From the NCBI RefSeq assembly GCF_000143415.4, contig NW_003314467.1, forward strand, positions 11,824 through 62,181: 50,358 nucleotides of DNA, read 5' to 3'. Position 1 is the stretch's first letter. Each line of letters starts with the position of its first letter. Source of the stretch: Selaginella moellendorffii (taxonomy: Eukaryota > Plantae > Lycopodiophyta). Positions 11,510-22,390 of this stretch are shown one piece after another. A model generated the notes under the pieces. That model saw only the letters and a list, made by a program, of their open reading frames with translations. It ran no database searches and was not told where the DNA came from. Position numbers and translations under genes: made by a program.

Positions 11510-13444
11510 TATAGTGCATCTTATCTCTCTCCCCTTAAGCCAAATGGAAAAAGGGCAATTGTTTAATGAAAGAGCCCTTAATGGCTATTTTATCCTTATT
11601 TATCCCCCAAGGTTCCAAGGATCCACAGTGACAGTATATTCAAATCTCATCCCATGATCCCATACACTACACTCACCCCCCCTTAAGAGATGTTAATGTC
11701 CTCATTGACTATTAACTAACAACCCCTACTAAGTCAAGGGGAACCAGCACCTCCATTTCCGCACTAAATTTACTAATCCTTCCATTGTGTAGATCAGCTA
11801 TTCCATGTGAGGCAACTATAAGCGACTAATTTTTCCATTCTACTTTAGTCAGTTAACCATACCTCTGACCACTAGGAGGAGTCTCACTCACAACCTCTAT
11901 AGGTCCTATTTTGGACTTAGGGACTTGCTAGCCCCCCAGAATGGCATCCATGCCACTCAACCATTGCACTTGGTCCAAGTGCTTCACGTGTCTAATCCCA
12001 TGACTGACACCCCAAAGTACCACCGACATATCAGCCCGTTACGCTAAAGCTATGCCCATTCACCTTGGTCACATCGGTGGTCTGACACCACCTATATTAC
12101 TGTCCCGTCTCTCAAAGACTGGGTCATCCGTCTATGAGTGATCATCCCAGATCCACTCCTTAGCATCCTTAGGATGCCCCCAAAATCCCTTTTTCGTTTC
12201 CTTAGTCACTATGCTAGAGGTCTGCTCCTCTTCCTTTCCACAGTCTGGGACTTTGGGGCAACATTTCAGAACACCATAGCCTTACGCAAGCCACCTGGGT
12301 ACTCTCCCAGCCTTCCGCCCTTGGGTGCTCTAGCCATGGGCTTAGAGCGAGGTTCCGTTGAGCCACGTCTGGTATCCAAGTAGGTAGTGCCACCCACACT
12401 TGGACTGGGAGCATCGGCCAGTCGATCTCCCGGGGGAACTAGAGCAGGCTCTTGAACACTTCACAAAGCTACCCCGCTTGTCGGTTCGTGTTCACTCTAG
12501 TCTTGGACTTCCTAGTGGGTAGTTCATCACCCAACACTGGGTACAGCCTTCCTGGGCCAAACTAGCCTTTTGTGGCCAAACTGGCTCCACTGCAGTCCTC
12601 CCCCTTACTATACTTTTGGAGCTCACCAAACCCCCTATGGTCTGGGAGACGAACACTTTGGGCTTTCACCCTCTCGAGCTCGAACTTGGACTTGGACTCG
12701 AACTCGGTCCCGGTCTCGGTCTCGACCTCGGACTCCATCTCGGGTCCATCTCAGACTCCATCTCAGGTCCATCTCGGACTCCATCTCAGGTCCATCTCGG
12801 ACTCCATCTCAGACTCCATCTCGGTCACTTTCACATGTCATGTGTTGGTCCTTTTGGGTCCCTTTTTGGAGCCTTGCTTATTGCTTGCTTCGTGCTTGTT
12901 CCTCGAGCACTTTGTTGGGAGTTCCACTCCCACTCTCAACCTTTCAAGTCAGAGCTTTCAGTCCAAACGTGTTACATTCGTTTGGCTTTCACTTCAGCCA
13001 CTACCATGTGGCACCCTTTCGGCTCCACTTTGAGGCCTAGGGATTTTGTGTCTCATAACAACTAGTCATCCACCTGTACTGTAGTCCCACGGTGGATACA
13101 TTCGTCCGTGGATCCTCCACACAAAAGGAAGGAACACAAGAGGAAGGACGTACGCATGGATGCCTAATACATATGATTTCAAATTTAAGGGTAGGAATAT
13201 ACCTTGCTCAAGGGTATATTATATTTTTAAGTAGCCACTAATCAATGGGAATCGAACCCGTGCCATTTGCTCCAATACCAACTATAGCGCATCTTATCTC
13301 TCTCCCCTTAAGCCAACTAGAAAAGGGGCAATTGCTTAATGAGAAAGCCCTTAGTGGCTATTTTATCCCCATTTATCCCCCAAGGTTCCAAGGATCCACG
13401 GTGACAGTATATCCAAATCTCATCCCATGATCACATGTGCTACA
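11510..13444 (-). mobile_element. Non-autonomous LTR retrotransposon (TRIM/LARD-like) with 162-bp LTRs
   Basis: Direct repeats 11510-11671 and 13283-13444; PBS-like TGGTATTGGAGC (minus, 13269-13280); PPT (CTCACCCCCCCTT on + at 11672); TSD GATTC/GGTTC (1 mismatch); no recognisable coding domain; flanks rejoin to match the uninterrupted homolog at ~48010-48030. Confidence 0.88.
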
Positions 13445-13793
13445 GGTTCTAACCAAAATCTTTTATGTATAACTTGCAAGTGGTGTTTTAGTCATTAAAG
13501 ATTAAGTGTTTTTTCAAATACTTATTTATTACATGTAGGATCCATAAAATTTTCTTCAAAAACTCCTGAACCATTAGAATTAGAAATGTTATAAAGTACT
13601 AAAATGAGTAACAAAACTTGCCAAGAACACCATATTTTTGCTTATTTGATGAATTCCATATTCTCTGGAATAACATGTCTTTTGTCCCTATGAAATCACA
13701 CAAGGCTCTGATCTCTCAAATTTCAGAAAGAATTTATCCCCGTTATGCTGTTTTGATAGTCTTGCAATGCCAGACTTAAAGCAAAAGACTGAA

Positions 13794-13817
13794 AAGCTCT
13801 ATTTCGTTAAAGTGGGA
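13794..13817 (+). repeat. Left terminal inverted repeat (24 bp)
   Basis: Exact reverse complement of 26642-26665. Confidence 0.96.
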
Positions 13818-14569
13818 ATTGTCATTATCCCACTTGTAAAATAAGGTTTCCAAACCTTTATATAGTATATAAATATAACAAAATTCAATTGCATTGAGGC
13901 ACATGCCATTTTATTTTAAACAAGGAATGTCTACTCAATCACTTCTCCTCCCCCTGCCACTGCTTCACCTCTCTCTTCTCTTTGTCATCGTCGTCCAATT
14001 TCTTTCCATCCTTTTAATATTGGCTCAGTTGCTCCGAGTCTAGGTGGAGCCCAAGTCCCCATTCAATCTTTACTTTCCCTTTATTAATAAAACAACTTCG
14101 TAGACTTCCAATAACATGCTGTAACACTTCTAGTATAATGCAAATCCTCTCAAAGAATTGTCTTTTAATATTAATACAATGGCATGGAACCCCATGCCAT
14201 AATAAGTTACATTTTTAAATAAATACATGCCATCTCAGACTGTTATTTTTTGCCTCCAACGCCTATACAATAATCTTGGAATTTCATCACTCTCCACACT
14301 ATCAGGATTTAAACCCAATAGTAATGCCATCTCTTCTCTAATACGTCCACGCTCATGTTCAGTGGTCGAAGAATCCATCCGGTTGAGCAGATTATGGAGA
14401 TGCGGATAGTGCTTGGCTAGACAATATACATGCCATAAATGATGACTGGTGTCTGTCCGATCAAATGGCTTCTGATATACCGTTCCATCTGCCATTTGGT
14501 TGATTTCTGCAGCCACCTCCTGGACTGGCCGGTTCTCTATCACCATCGCTCCAAGCCGTTTTGCAAGGT

Positions 14570-15097
14570 CCCCCAGAACATACGGTTTCTTCTCCCTAGT
14601 TTCCATACTGCAAGAGATGGGGTGCACTGCATATGTGTGCGTGTTCGCTGCAGTTTTAATCGGCGAGTCATCGATGATGAGGATTTCACTTGAGCTAGCA
14701 GTCCGGTTCATCACTACAGCCTCTGGCTTGACGAAGATGGGCTTGCTACCCCTCACATGGACCATAGTCAAGCAATCCTCCTGCGTTAGGAGAAAGTCAA
14801 ATGGTAATATTACTCACGTCTGATCGTGCATCATCTGTAGCAACGTTAATGCATTGTGGCGCATCATGGATGTCCAAACTCCCAATTGCAAATTGAACCC
14901 GACCCTCTGTTTTAAGTGTCGCATGGTCATTATTAGATCCCGCAGTTTCTCCCGTGTGATTAATGTGAATCTGTCTCTTTTGACCAACTTGCGACCGCAG
15001 GCTTTGGAGGGTGCAATGACATTCGAGGACGAGCCACGCTCATGGGAGAAAAGGACACCGTTCAGATCAAAAACGATACAGTACCTTCGCCGTGACT
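14570..15097 (-). other. FCP1/NIF-like HAD-superfamily phosphatase domain
   Basis: CIVFDLNGVL, LGVWTSMMRHN, FDFLLTQEDC (read through the TGA at 14814), PIFVKP, ILIIDDSPIKTAAN...VHP. Confidence 0.8.
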
Positions 15098-17129
15098 CTG
15101 AAATGAAATGCGTCAGCATAAAAAATGGTACAAGTCAATTTTACCATCTACAATATTAGCGAATGTTGCTCCCGATGGTCGTTGAGAGGGTTTTGGTCGA
15201 GGAAACGTGAAGGGCGGAAATACTCTCCTCTGCAATGTGGGGTCAATCGCATCTGATGGCGTGTGGGCACATGCCATTTCAGCTGTAGACTCTGGTACAA
15301 CTGGCTCAACAGTGGCATGGGGTGGTTTCGATGGCGTGTGATCACACGCCATTTCAGCTGGTGCCTCCGTTGGCAAAGTGGACATGACCGAACAGGCAGC
15401 AGGGGCGGTGTAGGGAGGTTCCAACGGCGCGTAGTCAGACGATTGGGCACACGTTGAGTCCGTTGGAAATGAGGATACGACCGGCTCGGCGGCTGGGGCG
15501 GCCTCATGTGGGTCCAATGGCGCCTGGTCACCGTCAGTTGGATACGTGGACAAGATTGACTCAGTGGTATGGGCAGCATCAAGTGGAGCGTGGTCAGCTT
15601 GCTTGGCGTTGATATGGATAGTAGCCTCCACCAGCTCTGATGACTCTTGCAGCCAAGTAGAGTCCACTGGCGGATCCATATGCATGTCCAAATATCTCCC
15701 TTCGATTGAGATGGTATCCTCCCGTGCTACTAAAAACAAACTCATTATCACATTGAATCGACTATACTGTATTTACTATCAACTGCTATTGAGGAACTAG
15801 GACCGATATCACTTGGGCGCACTGCTGATTCTGAAGGATTGGACATACGTTTCGACCCTTGCTTGGCACTATCCTTCCTCGACACTAAAGGCTAGAGTTT
15901 GTAAATTCAACTGAATAATCTCTACTTACCATTTGCTCTGCGACCTACATGGACAATGTTAGAAATGGTAAAAGGTTAGGAATGGATGTACTATTATTTA
16001 CCTGATGGTTTGTCTTGTATGACCTTCCTCCGCTGCTCTTTGGCCACCTCAGGCTGGCCATCGTCGTCATCATCGTCGTCGTCGTTATTGTGATCGTCAC
16101 CATTGTGAGGACCATCCAAGTCCTCTTCGTCCTCCTCTTCTTTGTCCTCCTCTTCGTCCTTCTGCTCTTCCTGCTCATTATCTTTCTCTGGCTCCTCATC
16201 CCCCTCCTGCATTTCTTCCATAGGCTGCTCAGGCTGGATGGCTTGTTCTTCCAGGACCATCTTGGGAAAATCATCTGGCCGAGTCTCCATCTCAAAATAC
16301 AAGACATCCATAGCCTGTTTTAGTGCGTGACCTAGGACCGTATCCTCACCCGACTGTCTTAACATGGTTTCTGCACGTTCTTGCACCCTTCGAAGATGAC
16401 AAGATGAGAAAAATGTGGCCCTGACTTGAAAAGCTTCCCTCATCCATTGTACCTCTCCATTGAGATTGGGGAAGGGGAGTCCGCCATAGGAATCTGAGTC
16501 ATGAGGTGGTGACTGCCTGCTTTCACTCAGCCCTTGATCTGCAATGAATGGCATGAGCACACACGCCATAACCGCGAGACATTACCTATCATCTTTTCGT
16601 TGCCCTTCTTCCTTTTCGAATCAAACGCCTCTGATCTCGACGACTGTCCAACGTGCTTTCGCTTTTTATGACCACTGTCAATTTGAGCTTGGCTGGTGCT
16701 TGCCTGTTTTGCCTTTGAAGAAGTTTCTCCTGCAAGGAATGGCATGAGACCACACGCCATTGCAAATATAATTTGTACCTCCTTTTTTCCTATTGCTTGT
16801 CTGTTTGTCCTTCTTCGATGTGCCACCAGTGCGCTTTTCAGTCCTCGTGTCTGAATATTCACAACGATCTATAATCAAAATGGCGTGAGGCCTCACGTGA
16901 CCTTACCTTGTGCAGGTTGTGAGCTCGGCCCAACATGGGTATCTTCAACAGTAGCTGTTAACGCCGTTTTAGCATCTGGGGGTGGCCACGCTCCTGCATA
17001 CAGAGCTTGTGAGATAACATTTAAACTTAAAGTGTGTACTCACCAGGTTCGCAGAGAAGATACTGTTTTTCTTTGGCAACTGTAATTATATGCTCCATTG
17101 AAGTCACCTCTTCAATGGAGTTTGTCACC

Positions 17130-17700
17130 GCAACACACGGGACACCCTTGAGTAGTGCGGCTCGAAAGAATAGTCCGCCGCAGTTGTACTCGACAACGCA
17201 TTTGCCCTTGGAGTCGGAAGCATGTGACCCACCCGCTATTGCGTTGAAGACCCAGCTGAGCATTTCCCATGTTGCACCTGGAGCTTTCTTTGGATTCGAA
17301 AGCTCCATAGCCGTCTTCAGTTCCTCAGGCACGGGTAAATTGACCTCCCTCAGATCAATTCGATTGGCCTTGTCGAACGAAGCTGGGAAGTCACTCCAGT
17401 CCCACTCTGCTGCAGGACCAATAACAAGGGCGAGTGTGAAGATGCGGACATTCGTCGGTATCTTCTTCTTAGCCATTATCCCATGGATCTCCCGCATCTC
17501 CTTGCCTTTCAACCGAGCCTTCACCTCGTTCAAGGCCTTCTAGAACTTGTGATAGGATTCGGAGTCGTAGATCATATAGTGGACTGAAGATTCCACCTCC
17601 GCAAGTCCCACCATTAAGTCAATGATGGAGCTGACTTCGTCTGCATGAGTGATCTCCTCGTTTGTGAAGTCCATCACACAAAAGATGTTCTTGACCTGCT
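17130..17700 (-). other. Degenerate beta-class DNA amino-methyltransferase-like Rossmann domain
   Basis: IFCVMDFT (motif IV position, DPPY lost) ... NPKKAP...EMLSWVF ... GKCVVEYNCGGLFFRAALLKGVPCVAV (cf. GD.VLDPFCGSG.T..AA...GR..IG). Confidence 0.45.
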
Positions 17701-18299
17701 CATCTCCGCGGGAAACGATGCTCCTCCACCTTTGATCCTCATCCGAATTCAAGTATACCCGGTAAGGTTCTCGATAGGCCTCTGCTGCGGGGTCGAGCTA
17801 TTTCTGAAGCCGGCGGTCGACATCAATCTTAATGAAATTTGGATACTGATCCAACTTCTCAGCTTTACTTTTCGTGGCATCCCGCAGCAGATCGATGAAC
17901 TTGGGGGCCCCCTTCACGTACTCGTCGATGTCTTCATTTGACAACTCCAGCGCTTCCATCATCTCTTGCGTGGTGTCGATGCTCACCCTCTCCACGGCCA
18001 CTTGCTCGAAGATCCAATCCTTCAATAGCGCACGAGCTCTCAGAGTCATGCGCAAGTCCTCGTATGTCACAATATGGCCGGGAGTCATTCTGGTCTTGTT
18101 GAAGACTACCTCACCACGTAGAAGAGCATTAGCCACTGTCAGAAGGTCGTCGTCGTCTAGAGACCGCGAGAAACGCAAGGCGTTGAGCTTCAAATCATTG
18201 GGCTTCCGGCCGTCCTCCACACCCATTGAGTTTAGCAACTCCCCGTCATGGTACCTCCTCAGCACATCTACCCATTTGTCAAAAACAACTTTTGTCGCG

Positions 18300-18935
18300 A
18301 GTAGAATGTTATGGATGCTGAGTGTGTCATTGACCCCCAGTGTTTTCGAGAGAAGACTCGAGAATTCCTGCAATGGAAATGGCGTGAGGCCACATGCTAT
18401 GCCACATGCAACGAGGCTTACCTGCCAGGCGCTAGTTGCTAGTGCACGTCCTTGTCCTGGTTTTTGTGGCTTCTTCAGTTGAACCCAGAGCTTCCGTGTT
18501 CGTGCCAATGTCTCGTGCAGACCCGATTTGTAGCACGTTTCTTGCTTGACATTCTGCGCGTGGGAGATGTATATGATAGATCGGAGGGGCGAGTTGCCTT
18601 TTATCAGGCGGACAACTCTTGTCTTGAAGACTTTCTTCACCTCCTCGCCCACCATAATATCCACAACTATCTCTTGCATCGCCAAGCTAGAATGCTGCCC
18701 GGAGACGGCATAGAACCGGATGTTCTGATCGTCCAACACCTTCCTATTGATCAAGTTTGGAAACCTCGTCTCGCCCTTCATTGTTCGGTAGTAGGGGATC
18801 ACGTCTGCGATGTCGGGTGTTACTGGACTTGCCAGCATCTTCTGCTTCAGTTTCTCCACCCACTCATCAGATACTAGCCTGTGGTTGTATTTGCTTTGGA
18901 TGTCGATACGGCTCACGTCGATTGTATATACTTTG
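18300..18935 (-). other. ParB/Sulfiredoxin-like domain followed by a putative helix-turn-helix
   Basis: TIDVSRIDIQSKYNHR-LVSDEWVEKLKQKM...FYAVSGQHSSLA...ISHAQNVKQE...LHETLARTRKL parallels ParB I.I..I....YQPR..DE..L..L..SI...Y.II.G.RR..A...ALIEN.QRE...IEEA..Y..L; EFSSLLSKTLGV...SIHNILL sits where the ParB HTH lies. By eye only. Confidence 0.65.
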
Positions 18936-19959
18936 TTCGAATAGTAACAAGTACTATTATCTACGACGATTTTTGCTGCCTCTTCTTGCTCTTTCTGCTC
19001 TTTGCGGCTCTTCTTTTTGGTGGGTGTAGTGTTTGAACCCGAGGCAATGGCATCACTGAGTAGCTTCTTTTTTGGACTAGGAGAGTCGGACGTCGGCTTG
19101 AGCTTGACCACCCTTTTCTGCTTTGAGGTAGTTTCCAAATCGACCCCCTTCCCCTTTGTTTCGCGAATTGGAGTCACTCTCAACGGCTCAATGTTGGAAT
19201 ATAGTTTTTGAACATCGCCGTAGGTGAGGTCCGTAGATTCCATGTGATATTCATAGACCCGCAGCGTCTTTGAAATTGTGGGCCTCCTGGACAACCTCTC
19301 CCTAGCTCCCTCTAGGAATTCCTCATAGCCGCTGCCCCCCTCCGGAAAGCCGCTAGGATGTGCAAGGTGGATCTTGAAGGCAGACGCTGTCTCTACCACA
19401 AGTGCCAGTCCATATTCTTGCATGGAACTGCATGGAGTGTCTGTCACTTGGATGAGGATCCCCATGCATTCTTTTCTCCCACCATCTGTGTTGTACAGCC
19501 TCAGATCCTCGCCTTCCATCCCGAAAGTCCAACTGGTGAGCTCCTCCCCCTTCTCTGCATCCACATTGACAGTGGCTGGAAGAAGAACGCAATTCCTCGC
19601 CTGTTCAGAAATGCACAACAATTAGAGCTGATAGATGAAAAGCTAGTAGTTGGAAATAACGTGAGGCCACACGCCATTCACCACTGCATCAGATGTCTTG
19701 AGGCTGCATCCTAAGATGGCGTGAGGCTACACGCCATCTGTAACCGGACTGCACTCGAGAGCCCAATCGGTGCATGCCAATGTTGCTACTGAATGGCATG
19801 TGGCCTCATGCCATTTTCTACTTGGCCTAAAAGACTTACCATTTGAAGCCGAATGGAGGCGTGACAACCGGACTCGCTGGCGAATGTGCACTGTGTGTGC
19901 AGCGGATCGTAGCAGCAAGGCTACTCTGCCACTTACAGTTGGAGAGTGGCGCTGAAATC

Positions 19960-22090
19960 TCCCGGGACGCCAAGTGGGCTGCGTGTGGGTGGCGGAGTGG
20001 GCGGCGGAGTTGGCGGCGAAGTTACAAACTGGGTGTGTCTTGAAGTGGACGCCAATGCACACGAGCGCGATGCGAGCGCGAGTGTGATGCAAGCGCGAGT
20101 GGACGCCGATGCACACGAGAAACCTGTAGAGAAGTGGGAGCGCAATGCGAGCGCGAGTGTGCGAGCGCGAGTATGAAGCAAAATGCAAAACCTAACCTCA
20201 CACGCGCGAAATGTCACGACGGTTGGTAATCCTGCCACGTCATCATTTCTCGGACTTGGGCGCCACCATTAATTTCTGGATCGGCGCGCGCATGCGTGAA
20301 ATCCAAAAGAAATCCGCAACGTCATCATTTCTTGGACTGCATGCACGCGGAATCCAAAAGAAAGATCATGATTGGGATATCATTTAATACCCTCGCTATA
20401 TTTATACCATACATGATTGGATATTCCAAAGCATCTTGTATTTCCAAAAATGCCAGATGTTCAGCTAAATAAATTATCAGAGGATTTGATGTGACGTTCA
20501 AGCATGTGGGCTCATGCAATTTTGATCCCAAAAAATGCACCAAAAAATGCTCGGCGTCATCTGGCGTTATCTCTTGAATGGCGTGGGGCCGCATGCCATT
20601 TTCAGGAGCACATAGGAGTATATTCGTAGAATATTCTGACACGCGCGAGATTGTTTTGAGTTTCCTGGAGATCCAACCGTTAGATCGCAACTAGATTTTA
20701 CAGAATGGTATACAATGTCCTTCTTGATGACCCTGCAAAGAAGCATCTCGATCGGACACCACATGAGACCACACGAGCCTTACAATGTTTCAGGGGCATT
20801 TGCCATAGATCCGACCGTTATTTTGCTCCAAGATTCTACAGTTTGGTGTGCATTGACCTTTCCATCGACACTGCAAAGGGACATCACAATCAGATGCGGG
20901 ATCACAAGAAACCAACTTCACTAACTCTGGTTTCACCAAGATCTACGTAAGGAGTTATGAAATGAAAGGACCCTCTTTATTGAAATGTGTTTATGGTCCT
21001 AGGGGCATTGTGACATATCAAAAGATTTTGCATCAAGTTCTGTATTTGCATGTTTATCAAGCTACTGAATTGCTAAACCCTAAACCCTAAACCCTAACCC
21101 TAAACATGTGGCAAATGCTGCGTGAAGAAAGATGCCCTTTCTGGGCAAATGCTGTAAGAGGCAGATTCCGAGCAGATGTATCTCAGGCCAGCGAAGGGGA
21201 CAAACGAAAGCTATCTATAAACATGACGGGATGCAAATAGATTACTAGGCTGGTCCTGCGAAAATCAAAAACCATAATTGAAAACATTGAAAATGCAAAA
21301 AGAAAGGTTTATAATATTTTTGAATTTTAAGCAACCAAATGAATGTAAGTAGGGCATGTGTTTGTAAGTTTAAAAATGCCTCAACCACTTAAATTCCCAA
21401 GTAAATAAAGCTGTTTCTATTTTTGGTACAGGTAAACTTTATAGCGTGTGGGCTCATGCAATTTTGAACCCAAAAATGCACCAAAAAATGCTCGACTAGC
21501 ATTATTCTTTGAATGGCGTGTGGCCTTATATTGCCATAAATGGACGTACACACACAGCATAATTATTCCTTTACACGGCGAATAATCTTGGCGCGGATCG
21601 CTGACATGGCATGGCAAAGTTCAAATCACTGACATGGCACAGCTGGATCGAGGCAAGGACATGATGTGACAAAGTTCAACCTCCGACAGCAAAGTCTAGA
21701 AGCTACTCAGTTTGAAATTTGTCAGAGGAATCATAAGATCTGGTTTGTCAGAGGATTTGATGTGACGTTCAAGCATGTGTTATTTTTGAATTCTCGAACT
21801 CATTCCTAGGTCTATCATTTTTGTGCGCCGTGTTCTTGGTTCCGCTGAGCGCAGTGAGCGTTGCTTGTGTAAGCGGCGTTGTGAGCTGTGGTTTATGCGT
21901 CTACAAGCGGTTGCGGCATTGCGAGCGCCATTGCGAGCGGCAGTTTATGCGAGTGGCAGTTTGTGCGAGCGGCGCTACGAGCAGTTGCGGTGTTGCGAGC
22001 GGCGCTACGAGTAGTTGCGGTGTTGCGAGCGGCACTGTCTTTGGTGTGGCTACCGCTTCCTCTTGATATTCGGCACTTGTGCTTCCTGGT
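19960..22090. promoter_or_regulatory. Divergent promoter/5'UTR region of the DNA transposon with short GC-rich tandem repeats and duplicated blocks
   Basis: GCGAGCGCGAGT repeats (20040-20175); ~30-bp GTTGCGAGCGGC-containing repeats (21905-22035); blocks of 20477-20600 repeated at 21441-21530 and 21748-21779; lies between two oppositely oriented genes. Confidence 0.6.
21073..21105 (+). repeat. Short plant telomere-type (CCCTAAA)n tract / telo-box cluster
   Basis: CTAAACCCTAAACCCTAAACCCTAACCCTAAAC. Confidence 0.85.
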
Positions 22091-22390
22091 ATGTTCACCA
22101 TTGAATGGTTTAGGACCACATTTAGAAATGGCATGAGGCCACATGCCATCTTGGGCCCTTGCAATTTCATGGCTAGCGTATTGTCATGTATGTTTTTACT
22201 TGCCTGCAGCTGTGTGTATATCAAGATGGCATGAGGCCTCATGCCAATTTTGTGAATGCGAAATTTCACGTGGGTGTCAATAGCATGTTTGAATAATGGC
22301 ATGTGGCCTCATGCTATTTGGTATGTTATGATTTAGGCCATTCTCCCATCATTTTTTGTATGGTCTTAACTTCTTTTCTGCACTTTCAGA

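Larger units (their letters stand above)
14235..19842 (-). pseudogene. Multi-exon accessory gene (~1,600 aa): ParB/Srx-like + HTH, degenerate N6A/N4C methyltransferase-like, acidic linker, FCP1/NIF-like HAD phosphatase; three in-frame stops
   Basis: Proposed exons: 19842-19840 (ATG), 19600-18422, 18367-17044, 16993-16907, 16850(or 16868)-16779, 16729-16586, 16538-16002, 15944-15930, 15884-~15849/15804, 15729-15145, 15097-14235. All introns are GT-AG and preserve frame. In-frame stops at 17798 (TAG), 17540 (TAG) and 14814 (TGA). It could be two genes rather than one. Confidence 0.68.

Noticed and set aside
14781-14817. Apparent 37-bp GTGAGT...CAG intron in the NIF domain
   Set aside because: Splicing it causes a frameshift and stop, whereas reading through the TGA gives VILPFDFLLTQEDC, which fits the NIF domain. 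A nonsense mutation is more likely.
14814-17800. U-to-C RNA editing or programmed readthrough to repair the in-frame stops
   Set aside because: Such editing is organellar. Methyl-C deamination explains the stops, and the same pattern is seen in neighbouring dead retroelements.
17874-18482. Plus-strand 202-aa ORF and other antisense ORFs over the transposon and Gypsy genes
   Set aside because: Shadow frames of the real opposite-strand coding sequence; no motifs.
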